From positions 320,001 through 384,000 of the forward strand of contig CAVTHK010000009.1 in NCBI GenBank assembly GCA_963734495.1: a stretch of 64,000 nt of DNA. The letters run 5' to 3'. Shown in pieces: positions 1 to 10,635 of this stretch. This DNA is from an uncultured Spirochaetota bacterium (GTDB lineage Bacteria; Spirochaetota; Spirochaetia; SZUA-6; CAVTHK01). The notes beneath the pieces were generated by a model, which ran no database searches, had not been told where the DNA came from, and saw only the letters and a program-made list of their open reading frames with translations. Numbering within the stretch: the stretch's first letter is position 1; each line of letters starts with the position of its first letter. The translations under genes were made by a program, and so were the position numbers.

Positions 1-1226
1 GCGAAGAGCCAGGTGATCGGGACGCCGATGACTATGAGCGACCCGAACGTCACGATCATGGTCGCGATCGTGTCCCCCGCTCCGTCGATCGCGCGGCTGA
101 GCACAATGGCGAACGCCATCATCACCAGGGCCGGGACGAAGAAGTACAGGTACCGCGTGCCGAGCGCGATCACCTCGGGGGCGTCGTTGAACATCCCGAT
201 CACCAGGCTCGGGATCGAGAGGAACACGGCGCCCAGCACGGCCGCGATGATGCTGAAGAACCCGACCGAGATCCAGGCGCTGCGCTCGGCCCGCTCCGGT
301 TGCCGTGCGCCGAGGTTCTGGCCCACGACTACGGCCGTGGCGTCGGCGAGGCTGAAGCCGAGCGTCATGCTGAAGATCCGCAGGCGCAGCCCGATCCCGA
401 ACGCCGCGAGGGCGAACGTGCCGAAGGCGGACGCGATTCGCACGAGGAACAGCCGCGAGAGGTTCATGCTGAGCATCCGCACCGAGCTGAAGACGCCGAT
501 GCTGATGGTCTTTCCCATGTAGTTGTGCCCGGGAGTCGGCAGGAGCCGCAGCCTGCGGCCGCGGTACAGCCTCCATCCGAGGATCGCCACGCCCACGCCC
601 TGCGACAGCACCGTGGCCAGGGCGGCGCCCGCCGCGCCCATGCGCGGGAACGGGCCGATGCCGAAGATCAGCAGCGGGTCGCCGACCACGTTGACGATCG
701 ACGCGATGCCCAGGGCCCACATCGGAGTGATCGCGTCGCCGAACCCGCGCGCCCCCGCGCTCATCGTCATCGTCATGAACATGGCGACCGACCCGACGGT
801 CATCACGATCAGGTAGTCGCCTCCCGGGCCGACGACGTCGTCGCCGCCTCCGAGGAGGCGCAGGAGCGGCCGCGACAGCCCCCAGCCGAGGACGGCGACG
901 ACCGCGGAGCACGCGAGCCCCAGGAGCAGGGACTGGCCGATCGCCCTCTCGGCCGACTCCTCCTCCTTCTGTCCCACGAAGCGCGAGACCAGCGCCACGG
1001 TCCCGGTGGAGATGCCCATCGAGAGCATGCGGATCAGGCCTACGACGACGCCGCCCATGGAGACGCCGGCGATGGCGCTCGGTCCGAGGCGGCCGACGAA
1101 GATCATGTCCACGATGTTGAAGAGGTCCTGGAAGGCCCCCGCGACCATCAATGGCAGCGCCAGGTGCCAGATGTTCGCGACCATCGGGCCCGTGGTCAGG
1201 TCGCGCCGAACGGCAACAGCTTGCAT
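1..1226 (-). CDS. MATE family efflux transporter (3' end runs off the window)
   Basis: Manual minus-strand translation from ATG 1226: MQAVAVRRDLTTGPMVANIWHLALPLMVAGAFQDLFNIVDMIFVGRLGPSAIAGVS, a typical MATE N-terminus. Absent from the ORF track because it has no stop inside the window. Confidence 0.9.
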   Translation of the reverse strand, partial: MQAVAVRRDLTTGPMVANIWHLALPLMVAGAFQDLFNIVDMIFVGRLGPSAIAGVSMGGVVVGLIRMLSMGISTGTVALVSRFVGQKEEESAERAIGQSLLLGLACSAVVAVLGWGLSRPLLRLLGGGDDVVGPGGDYLIVMTVGSVAMFMTMTMSAGARGFGDAITPMWALGIASIVNVVGDPLLIFGIGPFPRMGAAGAALATVLSQGVGVAILGWRLYRGRRLRLLPTPGHNYMGKTISIGVFSSVRMLSMNLSRLFLVRIASAFGTFALAAFGIGLRLRIFSMTLGFSLADATAVVVGQNLGARQPERAERSAWISVGFFSIIAAVLGAVFLSIPSLVIGMFNDAPEVIALGTRYLYFFVPALVMMAFAIVLSRAIDGAGDTIATMIVTFGSLIVIGVPITWLF

Positions 1227-1231
1227 CAAAG

Positions 1232-2353
1232 CTACCAGTCCTCGACGCCTTCGTCGATCGGCCCGCGCGTCGCGAGCGACTCGATGCGGTCCCAGTCGGG
1301 CACGAGCCCGAGGCCCGGCCGCGAGTCGTCGAGGAGCACGCAGCCGTCCTCGATCTTCGGATGACCCGGGAAGAGCTCGTCGAAGGACCTCTGCGGGATG
1401 TACTCCTGCTTGTAGAGGTTCGCGAGCGTGGCGCCGACCTGGACCGAGGCCATCGTGGCGATCGGGCCGCTCGAGTTGTGCGGCGCCACGCGCACGTAGA
1501 AGGCCTCGGCCATGGCGGAGAGCTTCTTGGCCTCCATCAGGCCGGCGCAGTGCGTAAAGTCCGGCTGCGCTATGGAGAGCAGGCCCGCCTCGAAGACCCT
1601 GCGGAACCCGTAGCGCGTAAAGAGGCGCTCTCCGCCGGCCAGCGGCACGTTCGCCCTGCGGGAGAGCTTCTTCCAGCCGTTCCAGTCGTCGGGCGGCACC
1701 GGCTCCTCGACGAAGCCCGGCCTGTACGGCTCGCACGCCCGCAGGAACTCCAGGGCCTGGTCGTAGTGGAAGCGGGCATGGCACTCGACGAGAAGCTCCA
1801 CGTCCGGGCCCGCGGTCTCGCGGGCGCGGGCGAGCGCGTCCACGGCGGCGGCGACGCCGCCCTCGGGCACCTCGTTGCGCAGAGGACCTCCGCCCGCGCT
1901 CCACGGGATCGGGTCGGTCTTGAAGGCGCGGTACCCGGCCGCGACGTTCTGCGGGATCTTCGACCAGCCGTGAATGTAGAGGGGGACACGGTCGCGGAGA
2001 CGTCCGCCGAGAAGGTTGTAGACCGGGACGTCCAGGAGCTTGCCCGCGGCGTCGTACATCGCCGTCTCGACCGCGGCGAGCGCGCTGTTCATGATCACGC
2101 CGTTGCGCCACCGGTCGTGGGTGAAGTAGCGGTGGAAGAGCTCCTCGACATTGAACACCGAGAGGCCGCGCACGCGGGCCTCGAGCAGTCGCAGGGCCTC
2201 GACGATGGCGGGGGTCTTGACCCGCAGCGTCGCCTCGCCCAGGCCGAAGATGTCGCGGTCCTCGGTGTCCAGTCGCACGAAGAGGAAATGCCGGGTTTCT
2301 CCCGGCGGGACGACCGGGTAGATCCGGAGCCCCGTGATCGCCAGGTGCTTCAA
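1232..2353 (-). CDS. Mandelate racemase/galactonate dehydratase-like enolase superfamily enzyme
   Basis: Motifs GLGEAT, AVETAMYDAAGKLLDVPVYNLLGG, FVEEP, GERL, QPD, APHN, PGLG. Probable TTG start at 2353. Confidence 0.85.
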   Translation of the reverse strand: MKHLAITGLRIYPVVPPGETRHFLFVRLDTEDRDIFGLGEATLRVKTPAIVEALRLLEARVRGLSVFNVEELFHRYFTHDRWRNGVIMNSALAAVETAMYDAAGKLLDVPVYNLLGGRLRDRVPLYIHGWSKIPQNVAAGYRAFKTDPIPWSAGGGPLRNEVPEGGVAAAVDALARARETAGPDVELLVECHARFHYDQALEFLRACEPYRPGFVEEPVPPDDWNGWKKLSRRANVPLAGGERLFTRYGFRRVFEAGLLSIAQPDFTHCAGLMEAKKLSAMAEAFYVRVAPHNSSGPIATMASVQVGATLANLYKQEYIPQRSFDELFPGHPKIEDGCVLLDDSRPGLGLVPDWDRIESLATRGPIDEGVEDW

Positions 2354-2360
2354 GCGAGCT

Positions 2361-2735
2361 CTACAGCGGCTTTTCCCGCTCGACCAGGTGGCCGAGGTTG
2401 CCCTCGGGGTCGACAAAGCGAAGGAGCTTCGACCCGGGGTTGCTCGCGATCTCGCCTTCGAACTTCACGCCCTTGGCGGCCAGGCGCGTTCGCTCGCCCT
2501 CGATGTCCTGCACGAGGATCGCGAGGTGGCGCCACCCGGGGGTGTTGTTGTCGAAGGGCCCGACCTCGCTCTTCGCCTTGTAGACCTCGATGGTGACGCC
2601 GTTCTGGCTCTGGATAAAGGTCGCGCCGCTCGCCGTCGTGAGCACGACCTTCATCCCGAAGGTGTCGCAGTACCAGCGCGAAAGCTTCGGCACGTCCCTC
2701 GCGACCAGGCCGAAGTGCTCGATTCCTTTGATCAT
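2361..2735 (-). CDS. VOC/glyoxalase family protein
   Basis: IEHFGLVARD...HLAILVQD...FVDPEGNLGHLVE. Confidence 0.9.
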   Translation of the reverse strand: MIKGIEHFGLVARDVPKLSRWYCDTFGMKVVLTTASGATFIQSQNGVTIEVYKAKSEVGPFDNNTPGWRHLAILVQDIEGERTRLAAKGVKFEGEIASNPGSKLLRFVDPEGNLGHLVEREKPL

Positions 2736-2795
2736 CCAGTCCTCCTGTTCTGCTTTGGCGGGAGCATGCTACGGACGCGGCGCCCGTCCGTCAAC

Positions 2796-3419
2796 TCAGT
2801 GGAACTGCAGCATCGCGAGGAGGGTCAGCAGCTCGCCGTCGTAGCGGGTCCAGCGGCTGTTGAGCGCGGAGGGCACCCAGATCGCCCTGACCAGGAACCC
2901 GACGTGCTCCGTGATCCGGACGCCGGCGCCCCCGAACATGCCGGTGCCGAGCGCGAAGAGGGAGTCCGCCACGCTCTGGTTGCTCGAGAGCCCGCCGCCC
3001 GCCTCGAAGAACAGCGACGGGGCCTGCTCCGAGGTGTAGAAGGCGAGCCCCGGCCCCACCATGATGTGGCTGTCGAGGAGGAACGCCGCCGGGATCAGCC
3101 ACGAGAGGAAGAAGGCTTTGAGAAGAAGGTTCTCGTCGTCCTGGAAGACCCATCGGGTGTAATCGACTCCCGTGTCGACGCCGTCGATGACGATGCCGCT
3201 GTACAGGAAGATCGCGCCGTGCTCCCCCAGCCGCATCCCCACGCGCGAATCGAAGCCGAACGAAGCGCGCGGCAGGCCGAGCCCGCCGTCGGGGTCGCCC
3301 CTGTACGTGCGGCCCAGGCCGATTCCGAGCTGCGCGAGCCCGCGCACCTGCGGCTCCTCGGACCAGGCCGGCGACAGCGCCGCGGCCGCGACGACCAGAG
3401 TGACGAGCAGGAAACGCAT
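2796..3419 (-). CDS. Exported hypothetical protein, possibly an outer-membrane beta-barrel
   Basis: Signal peptide MRFLLVTLVVAAAALSPAWS after SD AAGGGGG. Alternating-pattern strands and an aromatic residue near the C-terminus (LQFH). Confidence 0.55.
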   Translation of the reverse strand: MRFLLVTLVVAAAALSPAWSEEPQVRGLAQLGIGLGRTYRGDPDGGLGLPRASFGFDSRVGMRLGEHGAIFLYSGIVIDGVDTGVDYTRWVFQDDENLLLKAFFLSWLIPAAFLLDSHIMVGPGLAFYTSEQAPSLFFEAGGGLSSNQSVADSLFALGTGMFGGAGVRITEHVGFLVRAIWVPSALNSRWTRYDGELLTLLAMLQFH

Positions 3420-3436
3420 CGAGAGACCCCCTTTTC

Positions 3437-3868
3437 TTACACGTCCAGGACCACGACCGCGCGCCACCCCGAGGCGGTCTGCGCCGCCGAGAGCCTGTGC
3501 AGCGTGATCGCCTTGACGTCCACGCCGAGCGCGCGCCGGCCGGGCTCGATCCGCTCGCCCGCGACCAGCGCCTCCACGGACCAGCCCGCGCCGCCGCGCG
3601 CGACCTCGACGCGCTCGGCGCGCAGCAGCAGGCGCTCCGCGTCCTTGTAGTACACGAGGCGGCCGAGAAAGTCGAACAGCAGGAGGTCGAGCGCGCTCTC
3701 CGAGAGCGAGACCCGGCGCTCGACCTCGCGGTCGAGCGACGCCGGCTCGTCGACCATGACGGCGAGCGTCGCGGCCCACGCCTCGGCGAGCAGCTCGCCG
3801 GGCGAGGCCGCCTCCGCTTCGAACGCCACGTCCGCGAGGGCGATGTCGTCGAGATAGCGGAACGGCAC
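3437..3868 (-). CDS. Archease
   Basis: PFRYLDDIALADVAFEAEA...DVKAITLH...AVVVLDV. Lies directly downstream of rtcB. Confidence 0.92.
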   Translation of the reverse strand: MPFRYLDDIALADVAFEAEAASPGELLAEAWAATLAVMVDEPASLDREVERRVSLSESALDLLLFDFLGRLVYYKDAERLLLRAERVEVARGGAGWSVEALVAGERIEPGRRALGVDVKAITLHRLSAAQTASGWRAVVVLDV

Positions 3869-3873
3869 TGACC

Positions 3874-5329
3874 CTATCCCTTGATGTTGCCCACGGGCTC
3901 GAGCCGGGCGACGCGCCGGCTGAGGCCTGCGAGCTCCGTGGCGAGGGCGACCTCGTCGATGCTCTTGTAGGCGGCGCCTGCTTCCTCCGCCAGCCCCGAG
4001 TCGGAGGCGCAGCGCACGTAGATCCCGCGCGCCTCCATGGCGGCCCGCAGCTCCCTTCCTTTGAACTGTTTCTTCGCCTGTCGTCGCCCCATCGTGCGGC
4101 CGCTGCCGTGCGCCGTCGTGAAGAACGTCGCCGCGGCGCTCGCGAGTCCCGCGAGCAGGTAGGAGCCCGTCTCCATGCTGCCGCCGATGATCACGGGCTG
4201 CCCCGTCTCGCGGTAAGCGGCGGGAAGGCCGGCCATGCCGGGGCCGAAGGCGCGCGTGGCGCCCTTGCGGTGCACGAGGAGCTCGCGCTCGCGGCCGCGC
4301 GGGCCGTGGCGCTCGAGCTTGGCCGTGTTGTGCGTCACGTCGTAGACCTGGCTGAGCCCCAGGTCGTCCGGGCTCCGGTGGAAGAGCTCGGAGAAGACCT
4401 CGCGGATCCTGTGCAGGATGACCTGGCGGTTGGCAAAGGCGAGGTTCACGGCGCACTTCATCGCGGCAAAGTAGTCCTGGCCCTCCTCGCGAGCGGAAGG
4501 GAGCGCAGGCGAGGTCGCGGTCGGGCGCGTCGATGCCGTACTTCGGCCCCATCACCTTGAGGAACCTCTTGAGGTAGTCGGTGGCGACCTGGTGGCCGAA
4601 GCCGCGGCTTCCGCAGTGCAGCATCAGCACCACCTGGTCCGGGAGGTCGATGCCCATGGCCGCGGCGAGCTCGGGGTCCATCACGTTCCCGCGGCGGGCC
4701 ACCTGGATCTCGAGGTAGTGGTTGCCGCTTCCGAGCGTGCCCACCTGGTCGTGGCCCCGCTCGATGGCGTCGGCGCTGACGGTGGAGGCGTCGGCCCCTT
4801 CCATGCAGCCGCCTTCCTCGGTGTGCTCCAGGTCTTCGGGGACTGCGTAGCCGCGCTTGAGGCACCAGCGCGCGCCCTGCTCCACGAGCTCGGCGAACTC
4901 GCTCGCCGAAGGCCGGATCAGCCCCGCCCGGCCCACGCCCGCGGGGATGCGCTCGAAGAGCCGGTCGACCAGATCCCTGAGCTTCTCTCTGACCTCCGGC
5001 CACGTGAGCGAAGTGCGGACCAGGCGCATGCCGCAGTTGATGTCGAAGCCGATGCCGCCGGGCGAGATCACGCCCGAGCGCGGGTCGAAGGCCGCGGCGC
5101 CCCCGATCGGGAAGCCGTAGCCCCAGTGGCCGTCGGGCATGCAGAAGGCGTAGTCGACGATGCCCGGGAGCGTGGCCACGTTGGTGACCTGCTCGAGGAC
5201 GCCCTCGTCCATCGAAGCCATGAGCGCTTCGGTGGCGTAGATGCGGGCGGGGACCTTCATCCCCGGCTTGTACGAAGGCGCGATCTCCCAGATTGTGTCC
5301 GACACGCGCGTGACGTGCTTCGGGATCAT
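3874..5329 (-). CDS. rtcB: RtcB RNA ligase (frameshift near 4480, probably a sequencing indel)
   Basis: MPDGHWGYGFPIGG, GFDINCG, GTLGSGNHYLE, HCGSRG in one frame. HNTAK, VHRKGAT, GGSM, HGSGR, AYKSI, GNIKG in the next frame. Confidence 0.93.
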
Positions 5330-5351
5330 CGCTTGCGCCTCTGCTTCCAAC

Positions 5352-5831
5352 TTAGCCCCGGACGCCGGCGCCGGCAAGGCGTTCGCGCCGGGCGCTGCTG
5401 CACGCCGCAGTCAGAGTACCGGCGTCCAAGCCGCCGGCCCTACGAAATCCATGTTGTCGGGCGGGAAAGGTGAAGGAGTCGGGACCCCTGCCGTCGTCGC
5501 CGCTGTCCGGCATGGCGGCCGCGCCGCCTCCGCTGTTGCCGTCCAGGTCGACAAAGATGTATCCGTCGTAGGTGCCCTCCGCGATGCCGGTGATTGCGTA
5601 CGTTGCGGTGTGGGTCGTGGCGTCGAATGCCGTGGACTTGGCCCAATAGATCGCGGGCGCAGCGTCGCCCCCTCCCGGCGTCACCAGCTTGATGTAGGCG
5701 TAGATGCCGGCGACCGTGATGTTGTTGTCGGTGAGCGACCCGTCCATTCTGTAGCTCCCGTCTCCGCCCGAAGAGCAGCCGCCCAGCGCAAGAGCCGCGG
5801 CGAGACAAACCGCGGACAGCACCTTTTTCAT
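5352..5831 (-). CDS. Hypothetical lipoprotein
   Basis: MKKVLSAVCLAAALALGGC lipobox with SD GGAGG. The C-terminus may be frameshifted. Confidence 0.6.
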   Translation of the reverse strand: MKKVLSAVCLAAALALGGCSSGGDGSYRMDGSLTDNNITVAGIYAYIKLVTPGGGDAAPAIYWAKSTAFDATTHTATYAITGIAEGTYDGYIFVDLDGNSGGGAAAMPDSGDDGRGPDSFTFPARQHGFRRAGGLDAGTLTAACSSARRERLAGAGVRG

Positions 5832-5932
5832 CGATCGACCTCCAGCGCGGATCGCACCGCAGCCGGGCGTTGCCGCCCACCATAGAGTGTAGCGCGTTTC
5901 GAGCGCCGCTGCGCCGCCCGCCGGGGGCGCGC

Positions 5933-6892
5933 CTACTTCCCGCGCCGCCAGTCCTCCACGATCGCGGTCAGGCGCCTGGTGAGATTGTTGGAGAGCTTCG
6001 GCAGCGGACAGACCCTGACGCAGTCGCCGCGGATCGGGGGATTCTGGATCCTGTCCTGTCGCTGGGAGCACACCACGGGGTCTGTCTTTACGGGCGTGTC
6101 GATGAAGATCACGTTCCTGTCGATCTTGTCCACGGTCCGGTAATCCTTCTTTTCCCGGTTGTCCCTGAATGAGATCGCGTCCATGTGGCAGGCCCTCATG
6201 CAGAGCATGCACTTGTCCCGCAGGCATATCGGCTCGGTGATGAGCGGGTCGGGGACCAGCTCGGCGTCGGTGACCACCGTGTTCAAGCGCTGCCTGGCAC
6301 CGAACTGGCGCGTGAGCACGAGGTTGTTGTAGCCGAACTCGCCGAGCCCCGCCCTGGTGGCCGCGTGTCGGTGGGACAGGGGACCGGAATGGTACCGGAA
6401 GGGCGAGTACTTCTCGGCCCATTCCTTGCTCGGGCCCGCCATCATCTGCCGCTCGGTCAAGCCGTTGTCGGGCTTTGCATGCACTCCCTCGGTCGGGAAG
6501 ATCATGGCGTCGTACCCGTTCGCCATGAGGAACTGTCCCAGATACTGCCCGATGAGCAGCAGGGAAACGTCGAGATTGAAGTGCGCCACCTTGCCATAGA
6601 AGGCTTCGAGGTACCCGGTACGCGCATCGGGCGGGATCATCTCGAGGTCCATCTCCGCCAGGTTCGCCGGCGCATCCACCGTCGGATTCAGAAGCGGCTG
6701 CGCAATCGAGATGACGGACTTCGCGGTCGGCAGGAAATCCCTCGGGTGCTGACCGCGCGGGACCTTGTCCTGGTAGGGCGGCATCGGCTCGTATCTGTCG
6801 ATGGAGGCGACTCCCACGAGCACCGCTCCCCAGCGAACCGCTGTCTCTTTGACCTCGCGGGTCAATTTCTCCATGTCCTGCCGACTGCTCAT
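5933..6892 (-). CDS. QueG/reductive-dehalogenase-like 4Fe-4S (cobalamin-type) reductase
   Basis: GAVLVGVAS, PRDFLPTAKSVIS, SHRHAATRAGLGEFGYNNL...FGARQRLNTVVTDAELVPD, plus Cys motifs CxxxxCxxCxxxC and CxxVCP. Confidence 0.8.
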   Translation of the reverse strand: MSSRQDMEKLTREVKETAVRWGAVLVGVASIDRYEPMPPYQDKVPRGQHPRDFLPTAKSVISIAQPLLNPTVDAPANLAEMDLEMIPPDARTGYLEAFYGKVAHFNLDVSLLLIGQYLGQFLMANGYDAMIFPTEGVHAKPDNGLTERQMMAGPSKEWAEKYSPFRYHSGPLSHRHAATRAGLGEFGYNNLVLTRQFGARQRLNTVVTDAELVPDPLITEPICLRDKCMLCMRACHMDAISFRDNREKKDYRTVDKIDRNVIFIDTPVKTDPVVCSQRQDRIQNPPIRGDCVRVCPLPKLSNNLTRRLTAIVEDWRRGK

Positions 6893-7017
6893 TGTCCGTG
6901 CCTCTTCAATGCTCCGGGCGCTCTCGGGGAGCCCGATCGCGCCCGGCGGTTCATCACCGCAGACAGCGGTGCCGTGATGGTGCCGGCTCTCGCGAGCCGG
7001 CGCCTCGATTCGCCTGC

Positions 7018-8599
7018 CTATCGCTTCTTGTAGTTGTCGACGACTTTCTGCCAGATCGCCTCGCTCTCGCCGATGCCCATCTTCCTGAGCTGGGCAACGT
7101 AGTTGTCGAACTCGGTGAGCGGCGTTGTGCCCATGATGAACTTGTTGAACATCTCGTCGGTGTAGGTCCAGATGTCCGCCATCCTGGCTCCGAGCGCCTC
7201 GGCGTCCTTGGGACTCGGCTGCGCCGGGGGCATGTCGAGCGACGGGTCGGAGGACGCTATGAAGGTCTCGGTCGTCTTCTGCTGGATCGCGTTGTGGCCC
7301 GCGCGGAACGACCCCTCGAGCTGGATCAGAACGCCGTTGGAGGAAACCGTCAGGTACTTGCTGAGGGCGTTGATGACCGGCAGCCCATCGGGGTTCTTCA
7401 TGATCTCGTCGGTGTACTGCGGAACGCCGTTGACCATCTTGTACGTGACGCCTTCGACGCCGTAGTTGGCCAGGATGGTGCCGGCCTCGGTGTACAGGTA
7501 GTCGCCCCACTTCATCGCCGCTTCCTTGTTGCTGGCCTTGGAGGCCACGGCGATTCCCTGTCCGGTGGCGTTCGGATTCTTCGGGCCGTAGGACTTGCCC
7601 GCGGGACCGACCGGCAGCGGGAAGCCCGATCAGCTTGAAGGTCGGATCGTCCTTCTTCAGGCCGTAGAACTTGCCCATGTGCCCGCTCACCAGGCCGCAA
7701 TAGGCCGCGACGCGGTCGCCCATGAACTTGGCCTCGAAGGCCTTCTGGTCGTTGGACACGAAGTCGGGATCCAGCAGCCCCTCGGCATACCACCGGTTCA
7801 TCTCCGTGAGGTAGTCCTTGAAAGCCGGCTGGGCGGGACCGAACTTGACCTTGCCCCCGTCCAGGTAGAAGTCCACCGGCGTCGCCCAGGCGTAGGCGAA
7901 CTTGCGGATGTTGGCGTAGCTGATCTTGAGGCTCGTCCCGTAGCCGCTGAAGGGGATGACGTTCTTCGCGATCCCGTTGGTGCCGGCAGCCTTCTTGACC
8001 GCGGTGAGCACCGAGTACCACTCCTTCATGGTCGTGGGCGGCTTTACGCCGATGCGCTCCAGCCAGTCCGCGCGGATCTGGGGCCCGTTGCTGATCAGCG
8101 TATAGTCGTCCTTCTTGATCTTGGGGAACATGTAGTAGGAGCCGTCGTCGAGCACGATCTGCTTGCGCCAGTCGGGGCGCTCGGCAAAGGTCTTCTTGAA
8201 GTTCGGGGCGTACTTGTCGACGAGGTCGTTGAGCCTGAGGATCTGTCCTTCGGCCACCGCGCGGCCCGGGCCGCCCGGCACGCTGTTCCACTCCCAGTAG
8301 ACCATGTCGGGAAGCGTGTTGGATGCCATCATGAGGTTGAACTGCTCGTTCTCCTGGCCGGCAGGCGGATGCTTGAAGTCGAGCTTGATGCCGGTGCGCT
8401 TCTCCATCTCCTTGAAGTACAGCAGCTCGTTGTAGCTCTTCACGGTCGATGCCGTCTTCGGGTCGATCGGATAGAACATGGTGAGCGTGACCGGACCCGA
8501 AGGCTTTGCAGCCGCCGTATCGCCCTGCCCGGCGGCAAAGGCGAGCGCCGGTGCGACGATCAGCATCACCACCGGCCAGAACCAGCGTTTCGTCTTCAT
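7018..8599 (-). CDS. Carbohydrate ABC transporter solute-binding protein, LplA-like (frameshift near 7610)
   Basis: Signal peptide ...ALAFAAGQG. EKRTGIKL, FNLMMASNTLPD, IRADWLE, WYAEGLLDPD. C-terminal half YGVEGVTY...KFIMG in a second frame. Confidence 0.88.
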
Positions 8600-8681
8600 A
8601 CGAACCTCCTGTTCGACGATTGTTTGCTCTCTTCTCGATGGAAGAGTGACAACCCCCTTGACGCGCGGCGCCGCCGGCTCG

Positions 8682-9575
8682 CTACCCCTTGATCGCGCCG
8701 ATCATGACGCCCTTTACGAAATACTTCTGCAGCAGCGGGTAGATGAGGAGGATCGGCAGCGTTGCCACGATGATCGTCGCGTACTTGATCGTCTCGCCGA
8801 TCTGCGCCGCGTCCTCCGAGTCGTTGATCCCCCCCGTCATGGAATTGGTGGAGTTCGCGATGAGGATCTCCCTGAGGATGATCTGCAGGGGATAGAGATT
8901 GCGCTCGCGAAGGAATATCATGGCGTGAAACCACGCGTTCCAGCGCTGCACTCCATAGAACAGCACCATGACCGCCACGACCGGCGTCGCGAGCGGCAGG
9001 ATGATCCGCAGGAGCACCACCCAGTCGTTCGCCCCGTCGACGTAGGCAGATTCCTCCATGCTGTCGGGGATCCCGAGAAAGTAGGTCCTCATGATGATCA
9101 GGTTCCACGCGCTGATCGCAGAGGGAAGGATCATGGACCACACCGTGTCCAGCAGTCCCAGGTCGCGAACCTGCAGGTAGAAGGGTATCAATCCTCCCTT
9201 GAACATCATCGTGAACACGATCCCGAACATGACGACATGGCGCAGCTTGAACTTCGTCCGCGACAGCACATAGGCCCCGAGGGTGGTGAGCGCCAGGTTG
9301 ATGCTCGTTCCGACCACCAGGAGGAACAGCGTGTTGAGATATCCGACGGAGATCATCGGGTTCTCGAACACGCGCTTGTATGACTCGAGCTTGAACCCCA
9401 GCGGATGCAGCAGGAGTCCCCGGTGCGCGACAATCCGCGCGGGCTCGCTCACCGACGCAAAGGCCACGTAGAGCAGGGGGTAGGTGCACAGGAACATCGA
9501 CAGGAGCATCAAAGCCGTGTTGACGGCGTCGAAGACCCGCTCGCCCAGGCTGCGACCGATCGCCATGGCCTGCAA
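8682..9575 (-). CDS. Carbohydrate ABC transporter permease (LplC-like)
   Basis: EAA loop IPDSMEESAYVDGA, WNAWF, LQKYFVKGVMIGAIKG. Confidence 0.93.
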   Translation of the reverse strand: MQAMAIGRSLGERVFDAVNTALMLLSMFLCTYPLLYVAFASVSEPARIVAHRGLLLHPLGFKLESYKRVFENPMISVGYLNTLFLLVVGTSINLALTTLGAYVLSRTKFKLRHVVMFGIVFTMMFKGGLIPFYLQVRDLGLLDTVWSMILPSAISAWNLIIMRTYFLGIPDSMEESAYVDGANDWVVLLRIILPLATPVVAVMVLFYGVQRWNAWFHAMIFLRERNLYPLQIILREILIANSTNSMTGGINDSEDAAQIGETIKYATIIVATLPILLIYPLLQKYFVKGVMIGAIKG

Positions 9576-9578
9576 GCC

Positions 9579-10512
9579 CTACCACAGCGCCATGTCGGAG
9601 ACCTTCCGACTGATGCGGTTGACGGTGACCAGCATGGCGAAGTTGATGACAGAGTTGAACAGCTCCACCGCCGTGCTGTAGCTGTAGCTCATCTCGAGGA
9701 GACCCTTTCGGAAGACGAACGTGGAGATGACGTCGGCCGTGTCGTAGATGCTCGGATTGTACAGCAGCAGCACCTTTTCGACGCCGACGTCCATCATCCG
9801 GCCGAGCCGCAGGATGAGCATGATGATGATGGTCGGCGCGATCCCGGGCAGCGTGACGCTCAGCATCTGGCGCCACCTGCCGGCTCCGTCGACCTTTGCC
9901 GCCTCGTACAGCTCGAGGTTGATGGCGGAGAGCGCGGCAAGGTACACGATGGAGGCCCAGCCCGCGGTCTGCCATATGCCCGAGGCGATGAACACCGTCC
10001 GGAACCATCCGGGGATGATCATGAACGGGATCGCCCCGACCCCGAGAAAGCCGAGCACCTGGTTGATCACTCCGTCGCGGTCGAGGAAGTCCAGGATGAT
10101 CCCGCAGACGACGACCATGGAGATGAAGTGCGGAAGGTAGGTCGTCGTCTGGACCGATCTCTTGAAGAGCGAATTGCGGACCTCGTTCAGCAGCAGTGCC
10201 AGTATGATCGGCGCGGGGAAACCGAACAGGACGTCCAGAACGTTCAGCGCGATCGTGTTCCAGATGACCCGGGCCGCATAGTAGCTGTTGAAAAAGGCGA
10301 CGTAATGCTTGAGCCCGACCCACCGGCTGCCGAGTATCCCTCTCGCCGGGCTGAAGTCCTTGAAAGCGATCTGGGCGCCGTACATCGGCTGGTAGTGGAA
10401 CAGGACATAGAACAGAACGACGGGCAGAAGCATCACGTACAGATGCTTGTTCCTGGCGTACTCGTTGCGAAGGACGACAGCGAGGCTTCGTCCGGGCGTC
10501 CTGCGGGAGCAT
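9579..10512 (-). CDS. Carbohydrate ABC transporter permease (LplB-like)
   Basis: PMYGAQIAFKDF, YLPHFIS, ELYEAAKVDGA. The true start is probably ATG 10512 (5 nt after TACAAT) with an early indel. Confidence 0.9.
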
Positions 10513-10635
10513 GGGCGATTGTAGCGCTCGACACCCGCTCGTCGCAATACGTCAAACCTCACCGGAAGGGTCGGAGCCCGTCGCCCACCGTTGCCGTTCG
10601 GCCCGCGCGCGGCTATCCTTGGCGCGGAGGCTCAC

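Noticed and set aside
3437-5377. Apparent RtcB-archease fusion (646 aa)
   Set aside because: A frameshift near 4480 creates it. The real RtcB C-terminus is in another frame with its own stop at 3874.
5933-8599. Apparent solute-binding protein-QueG fusion (888 aa)
   Set aside because: Frameshift read-through. The binding protein's own C-terminus ends at 7018 and the QueG-like gene has its own SD and ATG.
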